From the IMG/VR virus record IMGVR_UViG_3300042894_006927, positions 15,790 to 79,789 of that record: a DNA stretch of 64,000 nt; one strand, given 5' to 3'. The notes beneath the pieces are model-generated. The model had not been told where the DNA came from. It made no database searches and saw nothing but the letters and a program-made list of their open reading frames with translations. This document shows positions 19,066-28,262 of the stretch, in pieces. The DNA comes from a virus. Position numbers and translations under genes: made by a program. Numbering within the stretch: the stretch's first letter is position 1; every line of letters starts with the position of its first letter.

Positions 19066-21176
19066 GTGCCGAATTAAACGAAAACGAGTTCGATTTATCG
19101 CAAAAAGCCGTTGGTATTTCTATCGGTGGTTCGGGTAGTGGTCAAACTCAAATCGGTGGTAGTGGTGGAAGCGGAAGCGGTGGTAGTGGTGGAAGCGGAA
19201 GCGGTGGTAGTGGTGGAAGCGGAAGCGGTGGAAATGGTGGAAGCGGAAGCGGTGGTAGTGGTGGAAGCGGAAGCGGTGGTAGTGGTGGAAGCGGAAGCGG
19301 TGGAAATGGTGGAGAAGGTGGAAGCGGTGGTAGTGGTGGAAGCGGAAGCGGTGGTAGTGGTGGAAGCGGAAGCGGTGGTAGTGGTGGAAGCGGAAGCGGA
19401 AGCGGTGGTAGTGGTGGAAGCGGAAGCGGTGGAAATGGTGGCGAAAATGGAAATGGTGGAAATGGTGGCGAAAATGCAAATGGTGGGGATGAAGAAGATG
19501 GCGAAGAAAACCCTGCCGAAGAACAAGAGGAAGGGGATAGCGAAGATGAACAAAATTCGCAAAACGATAGCAGATTAGGGCAACGATGCGTAATAATTTA
19601 TCCCAAAGAATTTGCGGGGCGGTTGGGTAATATAAAAAGGGTTATTTTTAAGGGTAAATCCGACACGCCAATAGAACCGAGAAACATAGATGGGTACACT
19701 CTTACATATCCATCAGAAACCGAATTTACTTTGTTTGAGGTAGAATATATCAATGAAAATGGGAAGTTAGAAGAAGGTTCTTTTATGGACATTGATGTTC
19801 TATTTGAAAATCAAGAATTTTTTGTAGTCGTTGACGGGGGTCAAGTATTAGAAGCGGTTTGTAGCGGTTTTGTTGAATCTGATAGAAACCCATATAAATT
19901 TTTTATTAAAACGGAAAATGGGCAAGTTTTTCCTGCGTTTAGGTGCTTTGTTCAACCCCAAGAAAAAAATGAAAACGAAAACGATGCCGAAGATGGGGAA
20001 AGCGATGAAGATGAAGATACCCAAGATAATGAGCAAGAAAATTCTATTGTAGGAAAAGAATTTGTTTTATTACGGGATAGTTTTACACACAAATCGGGGG
20101 AAAGGGGAACTATTCTTTCGTCATTAGGCGAGAGAATGCTTGAGGGCACGGAAGAATATGTTGTCAATGGTCATCGGATTTTTTACCCAATAGGAACATA
20201 TTATAGTGCTTATCGTGTCGCAATAGGAGATAGCAACTTTATTATCAACGACTTTGATTTTGTATTTGTAGGCGAAGAAGTAAGTTTTGTGATAAGTGAT
20301 GCAAACGAATATGGTTTACAAGAGGCAATCTATAATGGTTATAGTGTATTTGGATTTATTGAAGATTCACCACAAAATTTTTTGTTAGCATTAGATAGCG
20401 ATAACCCATCGTTGATTAAAACCGATATGTGTTTTGTTTCGTTAGAAACGATTGCGATTAGAAACCAAAGGCAAGATAGCCAAGATGATGATGATGATGA
20501 TGATGATGAGCAAACACCCGAAAACGAAGAAAATGTTTTTGTGGCATCCTTATTTTGGAATTATGTACTTAATGAGAGGAAATTAAGCGGGGATGTTTTT
20601 ACGGCTGATATAGACGAAAATTTTAGAGAGGTTACAAACGAGTTGTCTTTCCTTCGTAGTTTTCCCGCAAGTTTGTATGATGAATCAGTAATTTATAGCA
20701 AAGAAACGAAAGAATACGGGTATCTTACAACAAACGAATTTGATGTAAACACAATTCAAACCATTGATTATTTTGCAGTTACCAATTTCAATTTGTTTGA
20801 ATCGGTTATTTACCGAAATAATCCAAAAGAATTAAATTTTACCTATGTTGCCCTAAAGTATGTTTTGGACAATTTAAAAAGAAAAATGTTTTTTGTGCCA
20901 ACATATCAAGTAAATGAGGAATCGTTCTATATTATGGTTTACGAAAAGAGTGAGGATGAAATTATTGTAGTTACCAATTACGAGAAATTTAGCGTTAGAA
21001 AAAACGGGTTGGGCGATTATTTACACTTAATTGTTCATTTAATGAATTGGGCATACCTTAATAGGTTTGAACAAAATTTGTTTTTAGATTTCAAAAAACA
21101 AACCCAAAATTTACTCAAGCCAAACATTTTTTACGCAAAAATTTTTGAAGATTATTGCAAGGCACTTACAATCTAA
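19062..21176 (+). CDS. Acidic multidomain protein with N-terminal Gly/Ser-rich linker
   Basis: (GGSGGSGS)n tract, then beta-rich domains separated by D/E tracts. Confidence 0.7.
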   Translation: MSAELNENEFDLSQKAVGISIGGSGSGQTQIGGSGGSGSGGSGGSGSGGSGGSGSGGNGGSGSGGSGGSGSGGSGGSGSGGNGGEGGSGGSGGSGSGGSGGSGSGGSGGSGSGSGGSGGSGSGGNGGENGNGGNGGENANGGDEEDGEENPAEEQEEGDSEDEQNSQNDSRLGQRCVIIYPKEFAGRLGNIKRVIFKGKSDTPIEPRNIDGYTLTYPSETEFTLFEVEYINENGKLEEGSFMDIDVLFENQEFFVVVDGGQVLEAVCSGFVESDRNPYKFFIKTENGQVFPAFRCFVQPQEKNENENDAEDGESDEDEDTQDNEQENSIVGKEFVLLRDSFTHKSGERGTILSSLGERMLEGTEEYVVNGHRIFYPIGTYYSAYRVAIGDSNFIINDFDFVFVGEEVSFVISDANEYGLQEAIYNGYSVFGFIEDSPQNFLLALDSDNPSLIKTDMCFVSLETIAIRNQRQDSQDDDDDDDDEQTPENEENVFVASLFWNYVLNERKLSGDVFTADIDENFREVTNELSFLRSFPASLYDESVIYSKETKEYGYLTTNEFDVNTIQTIDYFAVTNFNLFESVIYRNNPKELNFTYVALKYVLDNLKRKMFFVPTYQVNEESFYIMVYEKSEDEIIVVTNYEKFSVRKNGLGDYLHLIVHLMNWAYLNRFEQNLFLDFKKQTQNLLKPNIFYAKIFEDYCKALTI
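19155..19487 (+). repeat. Coding tandem repeat, 24-bp unit GGTGGTAGTGGTGGAAGCGGAAGC (GGSGGSGS), about 11 imperfect copies
   Basis: Seen directly. Confidence 0.9.
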
Positions 21177-21197
21177 AAAAAATCTTAATTTTACATT

Positions 21198-21620
21198 ATG
21201 TACCAATCAAAAAAATACTTTGACGAAGGTTTGAACTTCGATGATGTTTTTCCCGAAAAGCAAGAAGCGTTACGAGGTCAAAATTTTGCTTTCGATTTTC
21301 AAGAAGTTGCCGATTTTGTTAGGATAAATTCGCAGGATTTTTCACTTTCGCAGCCCGAATTGGAAGCCGTTGATAAGCAAATAAAAATGGTTGTAGATTT
21401 GTGGCGTGGTCAATCTCAACCCGCACCCGTTCCCGCACCCGCACCCGCACCTATGCCCGAACCCGAACTGCAAGAGGATGAAGAAATTACGGCAGAAGAA
21501 ATTAGGGAAGAAATTATGGCACTTACCGAAGCCCTTGAGGTAATTGACGACCCCGAAGATAGGGCGTTACTTGAATCTGAAATAGATGCTTTAAACCAAG
21601 CCCTTGAATTTATAGAGTAA
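21198..21620 (+). CDS. Acidic protein with Pro-Ala linker and C-terminal helical hairpin
   Basis: PAPVPAPAPAPMPEPE then EEIREEIMALTEALEVI..EIDALNQALE. Confidence 0.7.
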   Translation: MYQSKKYFDEGLNFDDVFPEKQEALRGQNFAFDFQEVADFVRINSQDFSLSQPELEAVDKQIKMVVDLWRGQSQPAPVPAPAPAPMPEPELQEDEEITAEEIREEIMALTEALEVIDDPEDRALLESEIDALNQALEFIE

Positions 21621-21709
21621 TGAAACTCGTTTTTAGCAAAATAAAAAGGTTGCTTTCAACAACAAAACACCACATTGAACTATCAAAATCCCTAAACAAG
21701 TTTTAAGTT

Positions 21710-23092
21710 ATGACCAAGTTAGAATTACAAAACAAAATAGCCGTTTTAGAAAAAAACATTTCAAAAACGAAGAATCCTACATCGTTGGCTATATTGCAAA
21801 AAAACATTGAAGATGCACGAAAAAAACTTGCGGCACTTGAACAAGGCACTCCCGCACCCGCCCCAAATGGCGGTTCTTCTGAATTGGAAAAACTTTATGC
21901 TCAAAGGGAAACATTAAAAAAGGGTTTAAGTAGTTCCAATCCCGTTGTTCAGAAATCAGCAAAAGCGGCACTTCCAAAAGTTGAAGCCCGTATTGCTGAA
22001 TTAGAAGGGGCATCACCCGCCCCCGCACCTGCGAAGCGTATGCCAAAATCAAAGGCAGAAAAACCCGCTAAAACAACCGCAAAAAGAGGTCGCAAACCAA
22101 AGGCAGAAACCCCCGCAGAGGAAAAACCTAAAATCAAGCGTGGTCGTAAGCCAAAAGCCGAAACCCCCGCAGAGGAAAAGCCAAAAGTCAAGCGTGGTCG
22201 TAAGCCAAAAGCCGAAGCCCCCGCAGAAATACCCGTAGCAGCCGTAAGGCGTGGTCGTAAGCCAAAAGCACCTACCGAAACCCCCGCAAAAGCCCCCGCA
22301 AAGCGTGGTCGCCCCGCCCTTCCAAAAGGTGCAAAAAGCCAAGAAGTTTCAATAGATTCTCTAACTAAATTGGCAAATGCGTTAGTTGAATTTTGCATTG
22401 AAAACGGCATATCAAACCCAAGCGTTTCTGATTTGCAAGGAATCCTTAACCTTCTTGACAAAGGAAAGGCATTAAAATTTGCCAAAGGCGGTAAAATTTC
22501 CAAAAGCGGCAGTTATCTCTCTAAATGGCAAATCAAAGAAATTCTTACCGATGGCGGTATGAAAATAGGCTCTGATGAATTACTTTCGGGAGTTTGGTTA
22601 AAAAAAAAAGATAGTGGTGTAGCCCAAATGCGAATGGGCGGTGAAGTTGGGTACTTCGTTATTGATGATGATATTCTTGATAGCGGAAAGTCCGTAATGC
22701 TCGGCAATCGTAGAATTTCTGCAAAAAACAAAAAATTTCAAGGCGTTTTTGAAGGAAAAATGGTCGGTGGCGTAATGAAAGTTTACGACTACGATGATGA
22801 AATGTGGAAAGTAGTTAATCCCGATGAATGGCAACAAGCGTATGCCGAAGGTGGCGAGGTTGGAAGATTTCATAGGGGAAGGTCGGTTATGGTTGCAGAA
22901 GAAAATGACAACGAAAACTACGACAATTTTAGAGGTAAAGAGTTGGTAATAACCGAAAAATTTACAAACTCTAAAGAAAACCCATATTTTGATGAAGGGC
23001 TTTCGGGTATGGCACTATATCATTTAATGGAGAGAGAAACGGGGAAAAAAATTCCTTTTGCCCTTTATGATTATGAATTGGAAGCATACTAA
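21710..23092 (+). CDS. Putative DNA-condensing core protein with AT-hook-like repeats plus xxGG-delimited modules
   Basis: Five (K/R)RGR(K/P) repeats in an Ala/Pro/Lys-rich region; FAKGGKI, MRMGGEV, YAEGGEV. Confidence 0.7.
   Translation: MTKLELQNKIAVLEKNISKTKNPTSLAILQKNIEDARKKLAALEQGTPAPAPNGGSSELEKLYAQRETLKKGLSSSNPVVQKSAKAALPKVEARIAELEGASPAPAPAKRMPKSKAEKPAKTTAKRGRKPKAETPAEEKPKIKRGRKPKAETPAEEKPKVKRGRKPKAEAPAEIPVAAVRRGRKPKAPTETPAKAPAKRGRPALPKGAKSQEVSIDSLTKLANALVEFCIENGISNPSVSDLQGILNLLDKGKALKFAKGGKISKSGSYLSKWQIKEILTDGGMKIGSDELLSGVWLKKKDSGVAQMRMGGEVGYFVIDDDILDSGKSVMLGNRRISAKNKKFQGVFEGKMVGGVMKVYDYDDEMWKVVNPDEWQQAYAEGGEVGRFHRGRSVMVAEENDNENYDNFRGKELVITEKFTNSKENPYFDEGLSGMALYHLMERETGKKIPFALYDYELEAY
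22082..22320 (+). repeat. Coding repeat with 54-bp period encoding KRGRKPKAETPAEEKPK
   Basis: AAGCGTGGTCG at 22136 and 22190, with further degenerate copies. Confidence 0.85.
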
Positions 23093-23094
23093 TT

Positions 23095-25527
23095 ATGCAA
23101 CACCAAGATTCATACATTGTCGTAAAGGAATTTACTGACAACGGAAAAAAAACGAGAGAGGTTATTGCAACGGGAGTAACCAAGCAAGGCTTTATTGATG
23201 CCTACACCGAAAAAGGTTGTGTAATGAGAGGGGGCGAAAACCCCCATTTTGAGGACATTTATTCGGGTATAATTTACAAGTTGGAAAAAGAATTTGAGCA
23301 AGGCGGTCAAATTGATAGGGAAAGGGATATTCAGATTGCCAAAACAATTTTGATGCAAATGGGTGGCTCAAACCGACTGCAAATGTTTACGGGGGCATAC
23401 AATTTTGTGGCAGTACCCTATGGGGTTTCATTTCGGATTAAAAACCGAAGCGTAAACTATGTGAAAATTGTGCTGAACGCAATGGACACTTACGATATTG
23501 AATTTGGGCGAATTAGTGGGGTAAACTACAAGATTGTAAAAGAATTAAGCGGAATCTACAACGACCAATTAGTTGAAATTTTTACCCGTTATACGGGAAT
23601 GGTTTTGCGTTTAAGAAAAGGCGGTGCAATTCAAGGGGAAGAAAATGCCGAAATGGTTATGAATCAAAACCTACAAATTCGCCACCACACCGAAGAATTA
23701 GAAGAAATCCTAAAATCGGGAAAGGAAGTTCCTGCTTGGGTTGTTTCAAAAGTTAGCAGGGCGGCAGATAGTATGTCAGATGCCACACACTACCTTGAAG
23801 GAACACCCGATAAAATGGAAAGGGGTGGGAATACAAGAATTGTAGATATTTCAAAACTGAAAACTTATGTTTTGACTTATATTCCCGTTTTTGACATTAA
23901 ACGGGCAATGCAAATAAAGCAAAAAGCGGTTTACGCAGAAAGCGAGGAAGATGCCATTGCCCAACTTCCAAGAACGGCAAAAGTAATTTCAATAAAAGTT
24001 ACTTCGGGCGGTGGTCGTGGCATACCCCAACGACAAAGGGGGCGTGGAGAATCACAATCTCAAAAAATTCGGAAAGAAATAAAAGCGTTAAAGGAAACAT
24101 TGCCCTTTTTGGAGGGTAAAGACAAAAAACAAATTGAAGATGAAATCAAAAACCTAAATGATACATTGGATGAGATGGATACATTGGATGAAATGAGGGC
24201 GGAAGGACAATATGCCGAAGGCGGAGGGGTTAATAAAATGGCAATGGGCGGTGAGGTTTCCAAACAATATGAAGACATACCTAATACAACATACCAACTA
24301 AAGATTAAAGTTTATTATGACAAGGGGGGTATGAACTATTATTCGGGGGGGACAAACAAAAGAGGTTATTACCTTTCAGTTACACCCGTTCAAATTGAAA
24401 GGCAAGGAAATAATGTGATGATTGAATCATATACGGCATTTTCGGGCATAAAAAAGTTAATTTTAGAAGTAGAAAGACAAAGCCCAAAATCGGCTGAAAA
24501 AGCAAAAGAACTTGCCGAATCTTCAATTTCCGAATTAAAGCAGTATGTTTTAAATCAAATGATTGAAAGAGGCGAAATACCACAAGCCCTTCCTATGCCC
24601 GAACCCGAACCAATGCCCGATGAAGATGAAATAAACCCCGAAGAAATTAGGGCTGAAATCGTAGCGTTAGAGCAAGTTTTAGAAGTGTTGGAAGGAGAGG
24701 ATAGGCAATCAATCCAAGAGGAAATCGAAATACTAAAACTTGCATTGGAAGGAATGGGCAATTATGCCAAAGATGGGGATAGCATAAAAAATTGGTACAC
24801 AAGCACATACCCTTCCGATGATTTGGGCGAAGAATTAAACCCCGATGCTAAATTTAGTGGATTAGAAGAAAATTTGGCAGACATTTACACTTATTTGGGT
24901 GTTGCCGATTCGGTTGTTCGTGAAAGAGTTTTTGAAAGATATTCTGAAATTTTTAATAAGCCATACGAATATATTTACGACAAGTGGGTTAAATCGGAGA
25001 AATTTGCCAAAGGTGGCGGGATTGGTGAATTGCCCCCAAAAGGAGAATTAACCAATAAAGATAATTTTCTGCTCAAATATGAAAAAAAGGGTGGCGACTA
25101 CGAATTTTACATTTACAAACCCGAAACAAAAAAAGTTAGTGGATATAATCAAGTAAAGCATATTTGCGTAAATTCAGATTGCCCACACAAAATGACTTAT
25201 GAGCAATTTTTAAATTACTTGTATGCAGAATTGTATTTAGATAATATGAAATATGCCAATGGCGGTGAAATTTTTGTATGCCCCGTTGGAACTGAAATCC
25301 AAACTTTGATTTTTGACAAATCAATGTTTAACCTTCGGGAAGCAAAAGCGTGGGCAAAGAAAAACAATTTTGAAAACGCTTATGTTGATGGCAAATTAAA
25401 CACTTTGCGAATACGACAAAAAGACCCCGCTATGTTTACCGAAGATGGATTTAGAACAATTCAATTAAGGCAAGGCGTTCAAGCAGTAATTGGTTGCCCG
25501 AAGCGTAAAATCAGCAGAAAAAAATGA
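23095..25527 (+). CDS. Polyprotein of about 8 small modules separated by xxGG motifs
   Basis: FEQGGQI, LRKGGAI, MERGGNT, YAEGGGV, MAMGGEV, (YAKDGDSI), FAKGGGI, YANGGEI. Confidence 0.7.
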   Translation: MQHQDSYIVVKEFTDNGKKTREVIATGVTKQGFIDAYTEKGCVMRGGENPHFEDIYSGIIYKLEKEFEQGGQIDRERDIQIAKTILMQMGGSNRLQMFTGAYNFVAVPYGVSFRIKNRSVNYVKIVLNAMDTYDIEFGRISGVNYKIVKELSGIYNDQLVEIFTRYTGMVLRLRKGGAIQGEENAEMVMNQNLQIRHHTEELEEILKSGKEVPAWVVSKVSRAADSMSDATHYLEGTPDKMERGGNTRIVDISKLKTYVLTYIPVFDIKRAMQIKQKAVYAESEEDAIAQLPRTAKVISIKVTSGGGRGIPQRQRGRGESQSQKIRKEIKALKETLPFLEGKDKKQIEDEIKNLNDTLDEMDTLDEMRAEGQYAEGGGVNKMAMGGEVSKQYEDIPNTTYQLKIKVYYDKGGMNYYSGGTNKRGYYLSVTPVQIERQGNNVMIESYTAFSGIKKLILEVERQSPKSAEKAKELAESSISELKQYVLNQMIERGEIPQALPMPEPEPMPDEDEINPEEIRAEIVALEQVLEVLEGEDRQSIQEEIEILKLALEGMGNYAKDGDSIKNWYTSTYPSDDLGEELNPDAKFSGLEENLADIYTYLGVADSVVRERVFERYSEIFNKPYEYIYDKWVKSEKFAKGGGIGELPPKGELTNKDNFLLKYEKKGGDYEFYIYKPETKKVSGYNQVKHICVNSDCPHKMTYEQFLNYLYAELYLDNMKYANGGEIFVCPVGTEIQTLIFDKSMFNLREAKAWAKKNNFENAYVDGKLNTLRIRQKDPAMFTEDGFRTIQLRQGVQAVIGCPKRKISRKK

Positions 25528-26147
25528 AAAAAGAAAAATTCGCTGCGATTGCACTTGCCCTTACCGCAGGAGTTTTTTTGTTGGGAACAACGATTGGTTT
25601 TTTAATTCCACAATTAAGGCGAAAGGTTGAAAAAAAATCATTGAAAAAACTTCTATTTGTAGGCGATAGTCAAACCAAGCCAAGTTACTCGTATGCCAAC
25701 AAATTGTCTGCAAAATTGGGTTCGATGTTTTCTAAAATAGCGGAAAACGGGAAGCAAACCGAGTGGATGAAAAACCAAATTTTAAACACCGATATTTCGC
25801 CCTATGATGCTATTTTTGTTTTTGGTGGTGGTAACGATATTTCAGCGAATAGGGTTGGTAAGGCACAACAAAACCTTAATGCCATTTACTCGTATGTCAA
25901 AAATAACGACAAGATTTTGGTTGCGGTTTCCCCACCATCAAAAGCCCTTTCAACGATTCACAATGAAATCCAAAAAAACCAAAATTTAGAATTGCGGGAT
26001 TTTGTTTTAAACCATCCCCTGCCCGATTTGAAAATTGATGCCACCGAAATCACAAACAAATCTTTTTTTAGTTCCGATAACATTCACCTAAATCCCGCAG
26101 GGCAGAATCACCTTTCAAACATTATTTATTCACGATTAAAGGGTTGA
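25524..26147 (+). CDS. Membrane-anchored SGNH/GDSL hydrolase
   Basis: N-terminal TM; blocks FVGDS, ENG, GGGND, DNIH. Confidence 0.85.
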   Translation: MKKEKFAAIALALTAGVFLLGTTIGFLIPQLRRKVEKKSLKKLLFVGDSQTKPSYSYANKLSAKLGSMFSKIAENGKQTEWMKNQILNTDISPYDAIFVFGGGNDISANRVGKAQQNLNAIYSYVKNNDKILVAVSPPSKALSTIHNEIQKNQNLELRDFVLNHPLPDLKIDATEITNKSFFSSDNIHLNPAGQNHLSNIIYSRLKG

Positions 26148-26863
26148 TTATGTCAGCAATAACGGATTTTTTTGATGTTATTTTAAGGGGCGAAAGCAGA
26201 ACCTATGACGACCATAATTGGTATGTTTCGGGTGGAAGATTAAGGGGCTACATAAAAGGCAGAAACACAAACCCGTACCCTTTACTGAAAAAGGATTTGA
26301 GTAAATACTCATTCGGAGAAATTAAAGCGTTCCAATCAAGGGATAGGGATGCCAATGGTCAATTATGGGCAACGGGCAGATACCAAATTATTCCTTCAAC
26401 ATTGCGGGGGGTTCAAAAACAAGTTGGATTGCCCGATTCAGCAATTTACAATTTAGAAAATCAAGATAAATTAGGGTTTGCTTTATTGGTTGAAAGGAGA
26501 AACACACGAAATTACCTTTATGGGAAAGTTGCCGATACGCTTGAAAACCGACAATTAGCGGCACTTGATGTTGCAAAAGTTTGGTCAAGCGTGGGAGTTC
26601 CTTACCGAGTTTTTGGTGGAAGGGGAAGGTATGTTGAAAAAGATGAATCTTACTACAAAGGCGGTGGCGACAAGGCGAGTGTTCCAAGTATAAATGCCCA
26701 ACAAGCATTACAAAAACTGCGAAATTCATTACTAAACAATCAAGTTCCCCAAGCACCGAAAATAAAGCGAGATTTTACTTGGGCTTATTACATTTCGGGT
26801 GGGTTGCTTTTAAGTTCAGCAATAGCATTTTATTTTATCGCTAAACGCAGGAAAAATAAATGA
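26144..26863 (+). CDS. Lysozyme-fold muramidase/transglycosylase with C-terminal membrane anchor (virion-associated)
   Basis: ILRGES (catalytic Glu), ATGRYQII, ENQDKL, WSSV; TM followed by KRRKNK. Confidence 0.75.
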   Translation: MIMSAITDFFDVILRGESRTYDDHNWYVSGGRLRGYIKGRNTNPYPLLKKDLSKYSFGEIKAFQSRDRDANGQLWATGRYQIIPSTLRGVQKQVGLPDSAIYNLENQDKLGFALLVERRNTRNYLYGKVADTLENRQLAALDVAKVWSSVGVPYRVFGGRGRYVEKDESYYKGGGDKASVPSINAQQALQKLRNSLLNNQVPQAPKIKRDFTWAYYISGGLLLSSAIAFYFIAKRRKNK

Positions 26864-26883
26864 TTTTTAATTGCTTTTTTATT

Positions 26884-26891
26884 TATATTTG
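26884..26891 (+). promoter_or_regulatory. Bacteroidota -7 promoter element
   Basis: TATATTTG (TAnnTTTG) 24 nt upstream of the 26915 start. Confidence 0.55.
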
Positions 26892-26914
26892 CAATACAAA
26901 TAAATTTTAATGTT

Positions 26915-27304
26915 ATGGCAAAACTACCTCACATTTACTTTCTTGAGCAACTTGATTTGACCGAACAAGACATTCTTTCGGAGTTCAAAAATTATCGTTT
27001 AGAAAACGCAAAAGCCAAAAAGTTTGTAGAATCAAAAGATTTGACAAACGCTTTAAGTGTTTCAAACCGAATTATTGAAAAGGTTATTCCAATGCTTGAC
27101 GAAGAAGATTTTTCTGATGAAGAAATTGAAAAAGCCAAGCAAGATGCCCTTTCGCAATTTTCAACAAAACAAAGTTCAAATGGCGAAGCCAATGATAACT
27201 CCGAAAATTCTGATTCAAAAAATGATTTAGGAATTTTGGGTTGGGTTTTGGGCGGTGCTGCCCTACTTGGCGGTGCTTTTTTCTTATTCAAGCGTAAAAA
27301 ATAA
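26915..27304 (+). CDS. Tail-anchored membrane protein
   Basis: C-terminal LGILGWVLGGAALLGGAFFLF-KRKK. Confidence 0.7.
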   Translation: MAKLPHIYFLEQLDLTEQDILSEFKNYRLENAKAKKFVESKDLTNALSVSNRIIEKVIPMLDEEDFSDEEIEKAKQDALSQFSTKQSSNGEANDNSENSDSKNDLGILGWVLGGAALLGGAFFLFKRKK

Positions 27305-27879
27305 TGCTCGTTTGTAATTATAGGAGTTTTGAAGGTCTGCCCCTGCCGAATGTTAGAACAATATCGGGTGGGTTAGGTCGGTATGGACTTGACATAATTA
27401 CAATGGTGGCACGAAATGAAACGGGAACGGCTCAACAAGTTGATTTCTTTTCCCGTAGCAATCCCGCAGGGGTTCGTGTCAGTAACGATGCAATTTCTAT
27501 GAGTGGGCTTATTACCCGTACCCAAGCAAGTCCTCTTGTTATTACAAAAGGGAAATTCTTTGCAAGTGGCGAAAATTCTATTGAGCAACAAAATCAACCT
27601 TTGCTGATTTACACAAAAACCGCATCGGGGGCTTACGACCAAATTCAAATGAATCCGAGTGCGTACCAATCTTCTCTGCGAACAAGTCAATACCCTATTG
27701 ACATTCCATTGAAAGCAATTATTGATAGCCAAAGTAGTTTCTCAACAACCATTTTGCCTAACACTACAATCCGTATAGTGTTAAAGAGTTTCCAACCGCT
27801 TAATAAGTCGAAGGATTTACGGGCATTTCGTGAATTTATGGGAATAAAATGGCAGAAACAAAAGAAATTTGGATTTTAG
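27304..27879 (+). CDS. Capsid-protein paralog (candidate second or minor single jelly-roll)
   Basis: Aligns by eye along its length with 30284..31039 (RNETGTAQQV/TNSTASTQDV, PAGVRV/PAGTSV, QASPLVI/QNSPMMV, PSAYQSSL/PLAFRSSL, IIDSQS/VINQDS). Confidence 0.6.
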   Translation: MLVCNYRSFEGLPLPNVRTISGGLGRYGLDIITMVARNETGTAQQVDFFSRSNPAGVRVSNDAISMSGLITRTQASPLVITKGKFFASGENSIEQQNQPLLIYTKTASGAYDQIQMNPSAYQSSLRTSQYPIDIPLKAIIDSQSSFSTTILPNTTIRIVLKSFQPLNKSKDLRAFREFMGIKWQKQKKFGF

Positions 27880-28262
27880 AAACCGCAAAAGCATACGAAG
27901 AAAAACTTGCCACACGCATCCGCAAGAATACTTCATTGAAAAGCCGTTATCCCAAAATGCTAATTAAAGCAAGGATTGACTTTGTTTTTTTTGTCGTTTC
28001 CTTATATTTCGGGCTTGACAAAAATTGCTTTTATGAAAAGAAACGGCAGGGCGGACTTCCATCAAATTTTTCAGAAATTCGGGGGTTTGCATTTGCATTG
28101 CTAAAGCAACGATACAACTACTCAAACGAAATGATTTCATTACACACAAAATTTTCACAAAATTGGATTGCAAGGTGCATCTACAAGTTTTCGATTTCGG
28201 AAAATTCCGAGTTTCAAAAATGCGAACTGATTTCAAAACAAATAGCCAATTCTAACTTATGA
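27849..28262 (+). CDS. HTH protein resembling the DnaA C-terminal domain
   Basis: VSLYFGL..EIRGFAFALLKQRYNYSNEMIS..SQNWIARCI. Confidence 0.45.
   Translation: MAETKEIWILETAKAYEEKLATRIRKNTSLKSRYPKMLIKARIDFVFFVVSLYFGLDKNCFYEKKRQGGLPSNFSEIRGFAFALLKQRYNYSNEMISLHTKFSQNWIARCIYKFSISENSEFQKCELISKQIANSNL

Noticed and set aside
19155-19487. Possible CRISPR array
   Set aside because: Tandem units without unique spacers, in frame within a CDS; no cas genes seen
19095-19578. Alternative-frame ORFs with poly(TTTASAS), (VVVEAEA) and (FRFHHYHR) repeats
   Set aside because: Shadows of the stop-free Gly/Ser repeat in 19062..21176
21949-22503. 184-aa antisense ORF (and similar ones at 33014, 37148, 43957, 61447)
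   Set aside because: Antisense shadows of low-complexity or GC-richer sense genes in a uniformly plus-strand operon
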